From the NCBI GenBank assembly GCA_017631635.1, contig JAGBSX010000042.1, positions 2,330-66,329 on the forward strand: a stretch of 64,000 nt of DNA. The letters are read 5' to 3'. The notes below the pieces were generated by a model. That model did no database searches. It was given only the letters and a program-made list of their open reading frames with translations, and was not told where the DNA came from. The position numbers were made by a program, and so were the translations under genes. The stretch is from Clostridia bacterium. GTDB taxonomy: Bacteria; Bacillota; Clostridia; Christensenellales; RUG350. Positions 20,929 through 31,657 of the stretch are shown piece by piece (within the stretch, counting starts at the first letter, position 1; each line of letters begins with the position of its first letter).

Positions 20929-22761
20929 ATGCACGCAAATACCTTATGCCTAATAGCATTGATATTATCCATATCTATCACCCTAGCATCTACCGTGATG
21001 GCTCTAGTCAAGAGAAAAAATAGGCTAAATCTCAAGCCTTACTCTCTCAAACCTCTATGGACTATGGTCATAGGCGTATTTGTAGCAGGAGTGGTGATGT
21101 TTTTGCCTACCTACCTACTAGACTACTTCGCCACCATAGACCTCGTGGTCGTGATAGATTCGGTGATACTATCTCTACACAATGCTATACGTATGTTTGT
21201 CATAGATATAGACTTTGAGCCAATCGCTCAACTGATGGCAAATACGGAGGTAGACTCCACCATAGCGAGCGTATACTCTATCTACGCATCTATATCCTAC
21301 GTGCTAGCCCCTATCCTATCGGCAGGAGTAGTATTGTCATTTTTCAAAAATGCATCTGCTATGCTCAGATACCTACTACACTCTCCAGCCAACTTCTACT
21401 ATATGACTCAACTCAACGAGAAGTCTTTGGCGCTAGCAGAAAATATCCTAAAAGACACCGACAACGTGGTGATATTTACCTCTATCAACGACAATAGTGA
21501 TGAAGATATGGTATATAGAGCCAAGTCTCTAGGCGCTATATGTCTATACGTGGATATCGCAGATATGTATATCAAGACCCCTACCCTAGACCACGTATCC
21601 ACTATATATTTCATATCATTAGACGAGGACAAAAACCTAGAGCAAGCCTTGACTATGCTCAAAAAAGCAAACGTAGACAAGAGACTAGACCACCCAAATT
21701 ATCAAATGTACGTATTTTGCCGTTCGGTAGAGAGTGGCATCATACTAGACAATGCTCCCAATTCAAATATAAGACTACGCCGTATCAACGAGGAGCGAAA
21801 TCTAGCGTATCGCATAGTACAATCTCACTCTATATTTGACGACGCTATCGTGGACGCAGATATCAAGCGCATCAACCTACTAGTAGTCTCCGAGACAAAC
21901 CACAATACCAATTTGTCTATGGAATTAGTCAAGACTTTGTCATGGTGCACCCAAATGCCCGGATACGACGTCAAGATACACGTGGCTGATATGAGTGGCA
22001 ACTTTGAGGATTTGCTACGAATATCCTCTCCCGAACTCATATCCCTCAATCACAAACATATAGAGGGAGACGCCAAGGTAGACATATATTTTTACCAAAA
22101 ACCCAATTTGCGTGAATTGGCGTCCACTATCGGCGAAGTGTCTACTGTATACACTATGCTCGAAGATGACGAGGCAAATATAAATAGCGCCATCATACTC
22201 AGAGAGGAGTTTGGCAAACTACATCTATCCAAATCCATAGCAATACCCACCATATTCGCTACCGTACGTAGCCCAGAGAAAAATGAGACCATCTCCAGTA
22301 ACGGCTCTCTCAAGGACCACAAAGGCAACGACTATGGCATCACTCTCATAGGCAATATTGCCTCAGAGTATTCTGTCGAGGTAGTGGAGCAAATAGACCT
22401 AGAGACCAAAGGTCTCAAATGTCATCTACGCTGGTCAAATACCTTGGGCGAGGTAGAATCAAATACACTTCTCTATAACGAATACGAATATTATCGCCGT
22501 GCATCTATATCCGAGGCGCTATATAGCGAACTACGTATAGCGCTAGGCATACTACTCACCGACGATAGCCAAAGTAGAGAACTGCTCAAGATGTATGAAC
22601 ATATGCGTTGGAACGCATATATGCGCACAGAGGGATACGTGTACGGTGCTATCCGTGACGAGATAGCCAAGACACATCCATCACTAGTACCATACCAAGC
22701 ACTCTCCCACGCAGAGAAACAAAAGGATGAAGAAGTACTACTAGCATCCGAAGTAGACTAA
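20929..22761 (+). CDS. Membrane protein with a degenerate Rossmann-like middle region and a C-terminal RyR domain
   Basis: 610 aa with 4-5 N-terminal TM helices. The C-terminus MYEHMRWNAYMRTEGYVYGAIRDEIAKTHPSLVPYQALSHAEKQKD matches the RyR-domain consensus (H..W....GW.YG......HP.LVPY..L...EK.KD). Confidence 0.65.
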   Translation: MHANTLCLIALILSISITLASTVMALVKRKNRLNLKPYSLKPLWTMVIGVFVAGVVMFLPTYLLDYFATIDLVVVIDSVILSLHNAIRMFVIDIDFEPIAQLMANTEVDSTIASVYSIYASISYVLAPILSAGVVLSFFKNASAMLRYLLHSPANFYYMTQLNEKSLALAENILKDTDNVVIFTSINDNSDEDMVYRAKSLGAICLYVDIADMYIKTPTLDHVSTIYFISLDEDKNLEQALTMLKKANVDKRLDHPNYQMYVFCRSVESGIILDNAPNSNIRLRRINEERNLAYRIVQSHSIFDDAIVDADIKRINLLVVSETNHNTNLSMELVKTLSWCTQMPGYDVKIHVADMSGNFEDLLRISSPELISLNHKHIEGDAKVDIYFYQKPNLRELASTIGEVSTVYTMLEDDEANINSAIILREEFGKLHLSKSIAIPTIFATVRSPEKNETISSNGSLKDHKGNDYGITLIGNIASEYSVEVVEQIDLETKGLKCHLRWSNTLGEVESNTLLYNEYEYYRRASISEALYSELRIALGILLTDDSQSRELLKMYEHMRWNAYMRTEGYVYGAIRDEIAKTHPSLVPYQALSHAEKQKDEEVLLASEVD

Positions 22762-22800
22762 TTTGATTTTTCAAAAGTAAACTAACAGGATTTTTGCAAA

Positions 22801-22848
22801 TAAAAAAGCACACTATCTCGCTAGATAGTGTGCTTATTTTTTTTAGCT
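22801..22848. terminator. Bidirectional terminator between convergent genes
   Basis: agcacactatct / agatagtgtgct 12-bp stem flanked by A- and T-runs. Confidence 0.8.
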
Positions 22849-22849
22849 A

Positions 22850-24034
22850 TTAGCCCTCTACTGTCTCCTCTGCTGGAGCGTCTACTACCTCTTCTACTTG
22901 AGGTGCTACGTACTCCTCCATGAAGATATTGCGCTCGGTAGATGGATCAAATAGTTGGATATGGTTAATGTCGATAGCCAAGTCAACCTCGGTATCTACT
23001 GCTATAGTAGAGTGTGGATTAACTCTAGCGATTACGTCGTTCTCCTTGCCGTCGATAGCGATATATACTAGAGTCTCACTACCCAACTTCTCGACTACGT
23101 CGATCTTGCCTCTGAACAAAGAATCCTTGAACTCTGCTACCTTATCCTCGTCGTCGTGTATATCCTCTGGTCTGACACCCAAGATGATAGGTCTGTCAAA
23201 TCTCTGTGACTCTGGGATACGCTCTACTACCTTTGAGGACAAAGTGATGGCATTTTCACCAAACTTAACCTTGGCAGTCTTCTTATTGAAGGTAATCTCT
23301 CCCTCAAACATATTCATCTGAGGAGTACCGATAAATCCTGCTACGAACATATTGATAGGATAGTCGTATAGGTTTTGTGGAGAATCTACCTGTTGGATAT
23401 ATCCGTCCTTCATAACTACGATACGAGTACCCATGGTCATAGCCTCTACTTGGTCGTGTGTGACGTATATAAAGGTAGTGGCTAGTCTGTGGTGTAGTTT
23501 GGTAATCTCAGTACGCATCTGACCTCTTAGTTTAGCATCGAGGTTGGATAGAGGCTCGTCTAGCAAGAATACCTTTGGCTCACGAACGATAGCACGTCCT
23601 AGCGCAACTCTCTGACGTTGACCACCAGATAGGGCTCTAGGCTTACGGCTGAGGTATTGGGTGATACCTAGTATCTCGGCTGCATCTCTGATACGACGAT
23701 CTATCTCGTCCTTTGGGGTATGGCGAAGTTTGAGACCAAATGCCATATTGTCATATACAGTCATGTGTGGGTATAGAGCATAATCTTGGAAAACCATCGC
23801 TATATCTCTATCCTTAGGGAGAGTCTCATTGACGTATACACCGTCTATGAGTAGTTCACCTGCGCTAATCTCCTCTAGTCCTGCTATCATACGTAGAGTA
23901 GTAGACTTACCACAACCAGAAGGTCCTACGAGGACTATAAACTCCTTGTCCTCTATCTCTAGGTTAAAATCAAATACTGCTTGCACGTTGTTTGGATATA
24001 TCTTGTCGATATGTCTTAGTGACAAACCTGCCAT
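22850..24034 (-). CDS. Sugar ABC transporter ATP-binding protein (MalK/UgpC/MsmX family)
   Basis: Walker [10 protein letters not shown], signature LSGGQRQR, Walker [10 protein letters not shown]-terminal TOBE-like domain. Start trimmed to [13 protein letters not shown] (AAGGAGG RBS). Confidence 0.9.
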   Translation of the reverse strand: MAGLSLRHIDKIYPNNVQAVFDFNLEIEDKEFIVLVGPSGCGKSTTLRMIAGLEEISAGELLIDGVYVNETLPKDRDIAMVFQDYALYPHMTVYDNMAFGLKLRHTPKDEIDRRIRDAAEILGITQYLSRKPRALSGGQRQRVALGRAIVREPKVFLLDEPLSNLDAKLRGQMRTEITKLHHRLATTFIYVTHDQVEAMTMGTRIVVMKDGYIQQVDSPQNLYDYPINMFVAGFIGTPQMNMFEGEITFNKKTAKVKFGENAITLSSKVVERIPESQRFDRPIILGVRPEDIHDDEDKVAEFKDSLFRGKIDVVEKLGSETLVYIAIDGKENDVIARVNPHSTIAVDTEVDLAIDINHIQLFDPSTERNIFMEEYVAPQVEEVVDAPAEETVEG

Positions 24035-24104
24035 AATTGTTGCCTCCTTAAAGCAAATTATTTTTAATTGTATATATAATAACAAACTTTTAATTATAAT
24101 GCAA

Positions 24105-24146
24105 GGACAATTTGCATATATTTTAGGACAATTTGCATATTTTATA
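24105..24146. repeat. Two tandem 21-bp direct repeats upstream of the ABC ATPase gene
   Basis: ggacaatttgcatat occurs twice, starting at 24105 and 24126. Confidence 0.85.
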
Positions 24147-24183
24147 TGTTTTTGAGCCAAAAAAAACTTTTTTCTCAAATCGC

Positions 24184-24212
24184 TTGACACCCTCACCTGC
24201 CTAGAGTATAAT
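24184..24212 (+). promoter_or_regulatory. Consensus sigma-70-type promoter driving the TPP riboswitch and thiT
   Basis: TTGACA-17 nt-TATAAT, exact. Confidence 0.75.
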
Positions 24213-24221
24213 ACCCCTAGA

Positions 24222-24310
24222 CAAAACTGCTGGGGGTGGCGAAGATACTTCGCCTGAGATACACTCTTTGAACTTGAACGAGGTCATACTCGCGTAAGGA
24301 AGCGTATATT
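24222..24310 (+). promoter_or_regulatory. TPP (THI-box) riboswitch
   Basis: ctgggggtg...cctgagat...gaacttgaacgaggtcatactcgcgtaaggaag parallels the THI-box core (CUGGGGUG, CUGAGA, ACCUGA..GG.UAAU.CC.GCG.AGGGA). A ThiT gene follows downstream. Confidence 0.8.
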
Positions 24311-24390
24311 ATACGAAATATGAGTACCATAGCACTATTTTAGTCTAGGTACTTTTTATTTTGTCCCCCTTAAAAAAAGGAGGTACACGT

Positions 24391-25434
24391 ATGTTTTTGT
24401 CAAGTATTGTATTATTTATTAGCGAAGGGGCGGGACTATATATCTCGCTCGGTATGATTGTACTAGCGCTAGTGTTGGCTCTAGTTCTTTCTAGCAAAAA
24501 TGCCAAGAAGGTCTTTCTATATCTTAGCGCAATACTCACTCTAGTATGGTTTTTGGCTGTATCTATAGACAATATTAGCGCATATTTTTCTCAACCTAGT
24601 GAGGATAGAGAATTTGACTATTCTATGTGGGCTATGTTGATAGTATTTGTCGTGATACTACTATCGTCTATCACGGCTATTTTGCTAAATAAGTCACGCA
24701 GGCTCACCCCTATATTGTCAACTGCACTCATAGCGCTACCTATCGTGGCAATAGTGATATCATTTTTGCTAATCCCTCTAGGCTACGAAGACCAACTAAT
24801 GACTGATAGTGACAAAGTATTTATAGTACTCACTACCATAGTCATTGTACTATGTCTACTATTCGCCACGAAGTTGGACAAGCCTACCAGCCACACTCAC
24901 ACACAGTCGATAGTGTACGCATCTATCTGTATAGCGCTATCTTTCGCGCTATCCTACACTACCCTATGGCAAATGCCCCAAGGAGGTAGAGTGACCATAG
25001 CCTCTCTACTACCACTTATGTTGTATTCATACATATTTGGAGTTAGACGTGGTATAAGCGCAGGCTTTATATACGGACTATTGCAATTTATCCAAAATCC
25101 ATATTTCGTGAGTCCTTGGCAATTTTTGCTAGACTACTCACTTGCCTTTGCTTGCATAGGACTAGCAGGCGCATTTAGAGGACTAAATATTCACTCCTCT
25201 ATCAAATTCTCAATAGGCGCGATAGTCGCAGGTGTATTTAGATATCTATGCCACGTATTTAGTGGAGTATTTGCATTTGGTATGTATGCTCCAGTAGAGT
25301 TGGGGGCTTGGGGATATTCGCTAGGCTACAATGCTTACGTATTTATAGACCTAATCATAGTTATCGTCGTAGGCGCTATAGCACTCTCTAGCAAACAACT
25401 CATCAACGCATTTCCCAGAGAGTCCCAAAAGTAG
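24391..25434 (+). CDS. thiT: ECF-type thiamine transporter S component ThiT with a ~165-aa N-terminal multi-TM extension
   Basis: The C-terminal half (GVRRGISAGFIYGLLQF...QFLLDYSLAFACIGLAGAFR...WGYSLGYNAY) aligns with ThiT as I remember it. Start set at the ATG with an AAGGAGG RBS. Confidence 0.7.
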   Translation: MFLSSIVLFISEGAGLYISLGMIVLALVLALVLSSKNAKKVFLYLSAILTLVWFLAVSIDNISAYFSQPSEDREFDYSMWAMLIVFVVILLSSITAILLNKSRRLTPILSTALIALPIVAIVISFLLIPLGYEDQLMTDSDKVFIVLTTIVIVLCLLFATKLDKPTSHTHTQSIVYASICIALSFALSYTTLWQMPQGGRVTIASLLPLMLYSYIFGVRRGISAGFIYGLLQFIQNPYFVSPWQFLLDYSLAFACIGLAGAFRGLNIHSSIKFSIGAIVAGVFRYLCHVFSGVFAFGMYAPVELGAWGYSLGYNAYVFIDLIIVIVVGAIALSSKQLINAFPRESQK

Positions 25435-25520
25435 TACCTAAAAAAATCTAGCCTTTTTGCTAAAAAATACTTTGCATTTGGGCTAGTATTGTGATATGGT
25501 ATATACACACGGAGGATATT

Positions 25521-26090
25521 ATGTACGATTTTTTTGCATATATGAGTAGAATGAAGTATATCAAACGATGGAGTTTGATGCGCTCTACCGAAGAAGAGAA
25601 TATAATGGAGCACTCTCTACAAGTAGCCATGATAGCGCACGCTTTGAGTGTGATTAAGAACTTGTATTTCGGTGCTAATCTCAACCCAGACCGTATAGCA
25701 GTACTCGCTATGTATCACGAATCTAGCGAAGTAATCACAGGCGATTTGCCTACTCCTATCAAATACTCCAATCCTACTATCTCTGCTGCGTATAAGCATC
25801 TAGAGAAACTAGCAGACGACAAACTACTCACTATGCTACCTAGTGAGATGAAGAATTATTATCAAGATATCATCAAGCCGGATGCCGAGGAGTACAAGAT
25901 AGTCAAGATGGCAGACAAGATATCTGCTTATCTCAAATGCCTAGACGAACTCAAGAGTGGCAACAAAGAATTTTTGCGAGCCAGAGACGCTCAACTTATG
26001 GACATAGAGGCAAATATCACTGAGGAGGCTAGATACTTCTTGGACAATTTCGCTCCGTCGTTTGACAAGTCGCTAGACGAACTAAACTAA
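25521..26090 (+). CDS. HD-domain 5'-deoxynucleotidase (YfbR-like)
   Basis: YIKRWSLMRSTEEENIMEHSLQVAMIAHAL...YHESSEVITGDLPTP. Start at the ATG after a GGAGGA RBS. Confidence 0.8.
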   Translation: MYDFFAYMSRMKYIKRWSLMRSTEEENIMEHSLQVAMIAHALSVIKNLYFGANLNPDRIAVLAMYHESSEVITGDLPTPIKYSNPTISAAYKHLEKLADDKLLTMLPSEMKNYYQDIIKPDAEEYKIVKMADKISAYLKCLDELKSGNKEFLRARDAQLMDIEANITEEARYFLDNFAPSFDKSLDELN

Positions 26091-26103
26091 TAGACAAATG
26101 GAC

Positions 26104-26146
26104 AAAAAAGCACGCTATATCGCGATAGATATAGCGTGCTATTTTT
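26104..26146. terminator. Bidirectional terminator
   Basis: agcacgctatat / atatagcgtgct stem flanked by A- and T-runs. Confidence 0.8.
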
Positions 26147-26674
26147 ATTTGTTGATATTTGAGTTGACGTCTAGCAGATGTTTGAGTTTGTCTTGGTCAG
26201 ACTCGCTAAACTTGAGCCTAGGGGTAGTGTATGCTACCGAGGGTTGACCATTTTTGGTAGAGGTAAAGAATATCTCTCCCTCTCCTAGAGCGTAGTCGTG
26301 TATATGCTCCCATTTCATAAATCTATATGGCACTAGCACTCCTGATTCGGTAACTGCCATACGAAATCTTCGCATACAAGCGATAAGCCCTATAAATGAT
26401 AGACAAATGATAAACAACGACAGGTATGCCACACTCTCTACTAGCGCTCCGATATTTAATACCAGACCTGCTAGCGAGCCTATAGCCAGTATAGACACCA
26501 CCAAGGATGCGAATATCATAGGCTTATTAGACTTGTGCAGAGGTACTAGTATGATAGACTCGTCTAGTATCGACTGCAACCTAATAGTTTTTCTAATGAG
26601 TATGACCACCGTGATAAGCGTCACCACCGTCACTAGAGGAAAGCCTATTAGAGTCACCCATTGAGATAGAGTCA

Positions 26675-26675
<1 letters not shown>
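26145..26675 (-). CDS. Hypothetical membrane protein (3 TM helices plus a soluble C-terminal domain)
   Basis: 176 aa. Start overlaps the gdhA stop (26675). No family recognised. Confidence 0.5.
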
Positions 26676-28015
<1,340 letters not shown>

Positions 28016-28099
28016 TTACTCCTTGTATAAAAAGTTTAAATTTTCTAGTGTTATTATAGAATATAACAGTTATGCTTGGCAAGTATTTGTTCTAAATTT

Positions 28100-29206
28100 T
28101 TAAGAATTTTTCACTCCTTTGGAGTGAGAGTGGAGCAAATCGCAACCAAAATCACGAGTGAGTGAGTCTTTTCTCAACTTGTAGGTATATGCGTATCTCA
28201 CAGTCTCGTCTAGTATATCGCTCCACTTATCTCTATCTCCGTATAGATATAGCGCCATAGAGCCTGGTATAGTATTTATCTCGTTGAGATATATCCCACA
28301 CTCGCTACTGTATAGATAATCTATCCTAACTATCCCTTTGAGGGATAGTTCTTTGTAGACTTTGGTAGATAGAGCGTTTATCTTAGCAGACAATTTGCCA
28401 TCTATATTTGCAGGCATTTCACGCATACTACCACTCATACTCTTGACGTCTCCACCATATTTGTCCCAAAAGGTCAACATACCGTCCTTTGATATAGGTC
28501 TCTCTATCATACTCAATCTCAACTTGTCTCCCATATAGGCAGATTGATTGAGTTCGACCTTTTGCTCGAGATACCTCTCCACCATTACGCGAGTATCAAA
28601 TAGCGACGCTCTCTCTATCCCATCCACTAGCGACTCTCTATCTCTAGCCACGCTAATACCTATAGACGAGCCTAGAGTGACGGGTTTGACTATGAGAGGA
28701 TAGCCGTATTTCTTCTCTACCTCCTCGCAAAAGCCTACTATATCCTCACCTTCGTACAAAGAGGCAGGCAGGGTGGGTACACCTATACTCTTTAGACATT
28801 TTTTGAGCAAATATTTGTCCATACATATCGCAGATGCTAGTGTGTCACAGGAGGTAAATGCTACTTTGTGCATATTTAATAGTCCCTGTATATCACCATT
28901 TTCGCCACTACCACCGTGAGTCATTAGATATACTACGTCTATTTGTTTGTACAATTTGAGCGAGCCGAAAGCACCCTTTTTGTACAATCTATCCCCCTCT
29001 ATGTACACTCTATCCTTGGGGATAGAGCCTCTTTTGAAAAATTCCAATTTGTCTATCCCCTTGTCTACCCACCAACCTCGGCTGTCTATATATATAGGGA
29101 CTACTTCGTAGTCTCTACTCAAATACGCCATCACCTCTAGTGCCGTCAATATAGACACCTCTCTCTCTACCGATTCTCCTCCAAATATAACTGCTACGCT
29201 CTTCAT
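28100..29206 (-). CDS. ddl: D-alanine--D-alanine ligase
   Basis: 368 aa. N-terminus VAVIFGGESVEREVSILTA, ATP-grasp core, NEINTIPGS near the C-terminus. Confidence 0.9.
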   Translation of the reverse strand: MKSVAVIFGGESVEREVSILTALEVMAYLSRDYEVVPIYIDSRGWWVDKGIDKLEFFKRGSIPKDRVYIEGDRLYKKGAFGSLKLYKQIDVVYLMTHGGSGENGDIQGLLNMHKVAFTSCDTLASAICMDKYLLKKCLKSIGVPTLPASLYEGEDIVGFCEEVEKKYGYPLIVKPVTLGSSIGISVARDRESLVDGIERASLFDTRVMVERYLEQKVELNQSAYMGDKLRLSMIERPISKDGMLTFWDKYGGDVKSMSGSMREMPANIDGKLSAKINALSTKVYKELSLKGIVRIDYLYSSECGIYLNEINTIPGSMALYLYGDRDKWSDILDETVRYAYTYKLRKDSLTRDFGCDLLHSHSKGVKNS

Positions 29207-29213
29207 ATACCCT

Positions 29214-29253
29214 CCAAAAAAAATAAAATTAGCGAAGACAATACTTCGCTAAA
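29214..29253 (-). terminator. Intrinsic terminator between the murF-like gene and ddl
   Basis: ttagcgaag...ttcgctaa hairpin followed on the minus strand by ttttatttttttt. Confidence 0.7.
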
Positions 29254-29281
29254 ATTATATGAAAAATATTTGAATTTATGC

Positions 29282-30964
29282 TTATTTAGAGGTTCTCTTG
29301 CCCTTTTTCTTGGGCATCTCCACCTCGCTATAATCGTCTGGCAAATCGTTCTCTAGTAGTACCGTATCTCCCACTCTAAATATCGCAGAAAAATCTTGTT
29401 TTGCCTCATTGAGAGTGTCGTACACTAGCACGTTGTCCATATCGTACCCTGCGTCCTCTAGGCCTCTATATATAGGTTGAGTCCTGATAGTACCTATGAG
29501 TACTACTAGGTCGCATACCTTGGATATTTCTACGCCTAGGTTATAATTCTCCACCTCTTCTCTATCTCCTAGTTCGACTAGTCCCGGGGTGACGATTATT
29601 CTCCTAGAGTCAAAGTATCCCAGCACCTCTAGCGACGCCCTAGAGCCTGTGATATTAGCATTGAAGGTGTCGTCTATGACGGTGATACCGTTTGTGTTGT
29701 GTCTCAACTCTAGTCTATGCTCGGTAGCCTTGAGAGTAGGTATTACTAGCGCTATCTCGTCTATGGTGATACCTAGTCTATGCGCTACTGCCGATGCCAA
29801 GACTATATTTGATACGTTGTGTTTGCCTAGCATACTAGTACGCACTCTGCGTACGTCGTCTCCTATGACTAGGTCAAATTGACTTCCATTTTTGTCGATA
29901 GTGACGTTTTTAGCACGAACTACGCCATCATCTCCACCACTCACCACAGTCTCCACTCTATCGTCTATCAGCCTATCGGCGTATTCGCTATCTCCGTTGA
30001 CAAACGCCACACCACTATCATCTAGCGAATCAAAGAGTTCTCTCTTGCACTTGATTATATTGTCAATCGTGCCAAAGGTCTCTAGGTGTTGACCGGTGAT
30101 ACCTGTGATGATGCCGATATTTGGTCTGACCATATCGCAAAGTTCTTTGATTTGCCCTACGTTTCTAGCACCCATCTCTGCTATGAGTACGTCGTGCGAA
30201 GGCTTGAGTTTGGATATAGTCATTACGTTGCCTAGTGGGGTATTATAACTACCCTTGGAGGCGAGCACCTTGTACCTCACGGACAGCATAGCCTTGAGGA
30301 TATTTTTAACACTAGTCTTGGCATAACTACCCGTGATACCTATCTTGATGAGATTAGTGTATTTTTGCAGTTTTTTGGTGGCTGTAGATATGTACATCTT
30401 TCTTCTAATTTCTTCAAATGGAAAATTGATAAATATAGCCACCAATACGTATAGAGGTAGTATTATTGGAGACAGTCCCACTATGACAAATCGCAAATGA
30501 GCCTCTAGTGAGCCTAGTTCTCCTCCTCCTATCATACTAGCGCCGTATACAGCCATCATTAGCCCGTAGGTAGCCAATGCTACTACCACAAATAGCGTCA
30601 CGTATAGTCTCCTGATTCGGTTGGTAAATACTATAGGTTTTTTCTTGGGAACACTAGCCTCACCCACCACGAACCATATCACCATACTAAAATAAAACGC
30701 TAGTCCAATATACGATAACACTCCTTTGCCGTGACTGGCAAATAGTACGTTTGCTACTAGCAATCCTGCTAGCGACAGTACGGATACCAAAAATAATCTC
30801 GACCAATATTTGCCGTTTGTTCTCCTAAACCAATTGACTAGTCTCGTCATATGGTAATTATTGAGTTGATAGGTATGTACGAATTTGTACGCCATAAAAC
30901 TCAAACAAATCGCATTGAGTACGCTGAGTACAATGGCTATAATATTGTAAGTTTGATAATCCAT
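29282..30964 (-). CDS. murF: MurF-like Mur ligase with a ~190-aa N-terminal multi-TM domain
   Basis: 560 aa. Residues 1-190 hold about 5 TM helices. Then IGITGSYAKTS (P-loop variant), a Mur ligase middle domain, and DDTFNAN in the C-terminal domain. Sits directly upstream of ddl. Confidence 0.7.
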   Translation of the reverse strand: MDYQTYNIIAIVLSVLNAICLSFMAYKFVHTYQLNNYHMTRLVNWFRRTNGKYWSRLFLVSVLSLAGLLVANVLFASHGKGVLSYIGLAFYFSMVIWFVVGEASVPKKKPIVFTNRIRRLYVTLFVVVALATYGLMMAVYGASMIGGGELGSLEAHLRFVIVGLSPIILPLYVLVAIFINFPFEEIRRKMYISTATKKLQKYTNLIKIGITGSYAKTSVKNILKAMLSVRYKVLASKGSYNTPLGNVMTISKLKPSHDVLIAEMGARNVGQIKELCDMVRPNIGIITGITGQHLETFGTIDNIIKCKRELFDSLDDSGVAFVNGDSEYADRLIDDRVETVVSGGDDGVVRAKNVTIDKNGSQFDLVIGDDVRRVRTSMLGKHNVSNIVLASAVAHRLGITIDEIALVIPTLKATEHRLELRHNTNGITVIDDTFNANITGSRASLEVLGYFDSRRIIVTPGLVELGDREEVENYNLGVEISKVCDLVVLIGTIRTQPIYRGLEDAGYDMDNVLVYDTLNEAKQDFSAIFRVGDTVLLENDLPDDYSEVEMPKKKGKRTSK

Positions 30965-30967
30965 ATA

Positions 30968-31615
30968 CTATCCTCTCAAAAAACTCTTGATGACTCTTCG
31001 TACTCTATCTGCTTGGTATATATATCCAAAATGACCTTCGTTTTCCAATACTACCAAACCACTATTTTTTATTCTCTTTCTTAGTATATTCGCCATATAC
31101 ATAGGAGTATCTACGTCCTTCTCTCCCCAAATGATGAGAGTAGGCTTGTCGATAAGCCCTAGGTACTTGTTGAGATGCTCGTTGACTATATTGACAAAAG
31201 TCTTCTTGTCTACCCCCTCTAGCGCTAGGTAGTCCGTGCTACCATACCTAGATACGTCAAGTTTGAGCATTCTTTTCAATTTGTACGCTAGTACCCTTGT
31301 AGCACGGCGTAGTGAAAATCTAGGTCTCACCCCTGCGCTATCTATGAGTACCAACTTATCCACTAGGTCTGGCCTAAGGAGGCTCAATCTGATAGCCACT
31401 CTCCCACCAAACGAATGCCCTACTACAGTAGCGTGTCTAATGGATAGATAATCTAGCAACTGCTCTACTGATTTGACGTAATCTATTAGATGCAGTTCTC
31501 TATCCTCTCTAGGTGTGCCACCGTGTCCAAAAAAATCTATCATTACGTTGAGATACCCCTCTATCATGATAGGTGTCATCAACTCGATACTAGCGCCCCA
31601 ACCGTGTAGATACAC
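30968..31615 (-). CDS. Alpha/beta hydrolase; the true N-terminus probably lies upstream of the listed GTG
   Basis: HGWG oxyanion region and GHSFGG nucleophile elbow. The 14 sense codons upstream (IIVNYKLIGEGEPI) look like the missing first beta-strand. Confidence 0.75.
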   Translation of the reverse strand: MYLHGWGASIELMTPIMIEGYLNVMIDFFGHGGTPREDRELHLIDYVKSVEQLLDYLSIRHATVVGHSFGGRVAIRLSLLRPDLVDKLVLIDSAGVRPRFSLRRATRVLAYKLKRMLKLDVSRYGSTDYLALEGVDKKTFVNIVNEHLNKYLGLIDKPTLIIWGEKDVDTPMYMANILRKRIKNSGLVVLENEGHFGYIYQADRVRRVIKSFLRG

Positions 31616-31657
31616 TATCGGTTCGCCCTCTCCTATTAATTTGTAATTAACTATGAT

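Noticed and set aside
24035-24196. N-terminal 54-codon extension of the ABC ATPase ORF (and similar extensions at 45842-45925, 41974-42027, 55104-55211, 60475-60558 and 42327-42395)
   Set aside because: The extensions are low-complexity or run through promoters, terminators or upstream genes. In each case an internal ATG with a strong RBS gives the canonical family N-terminus.
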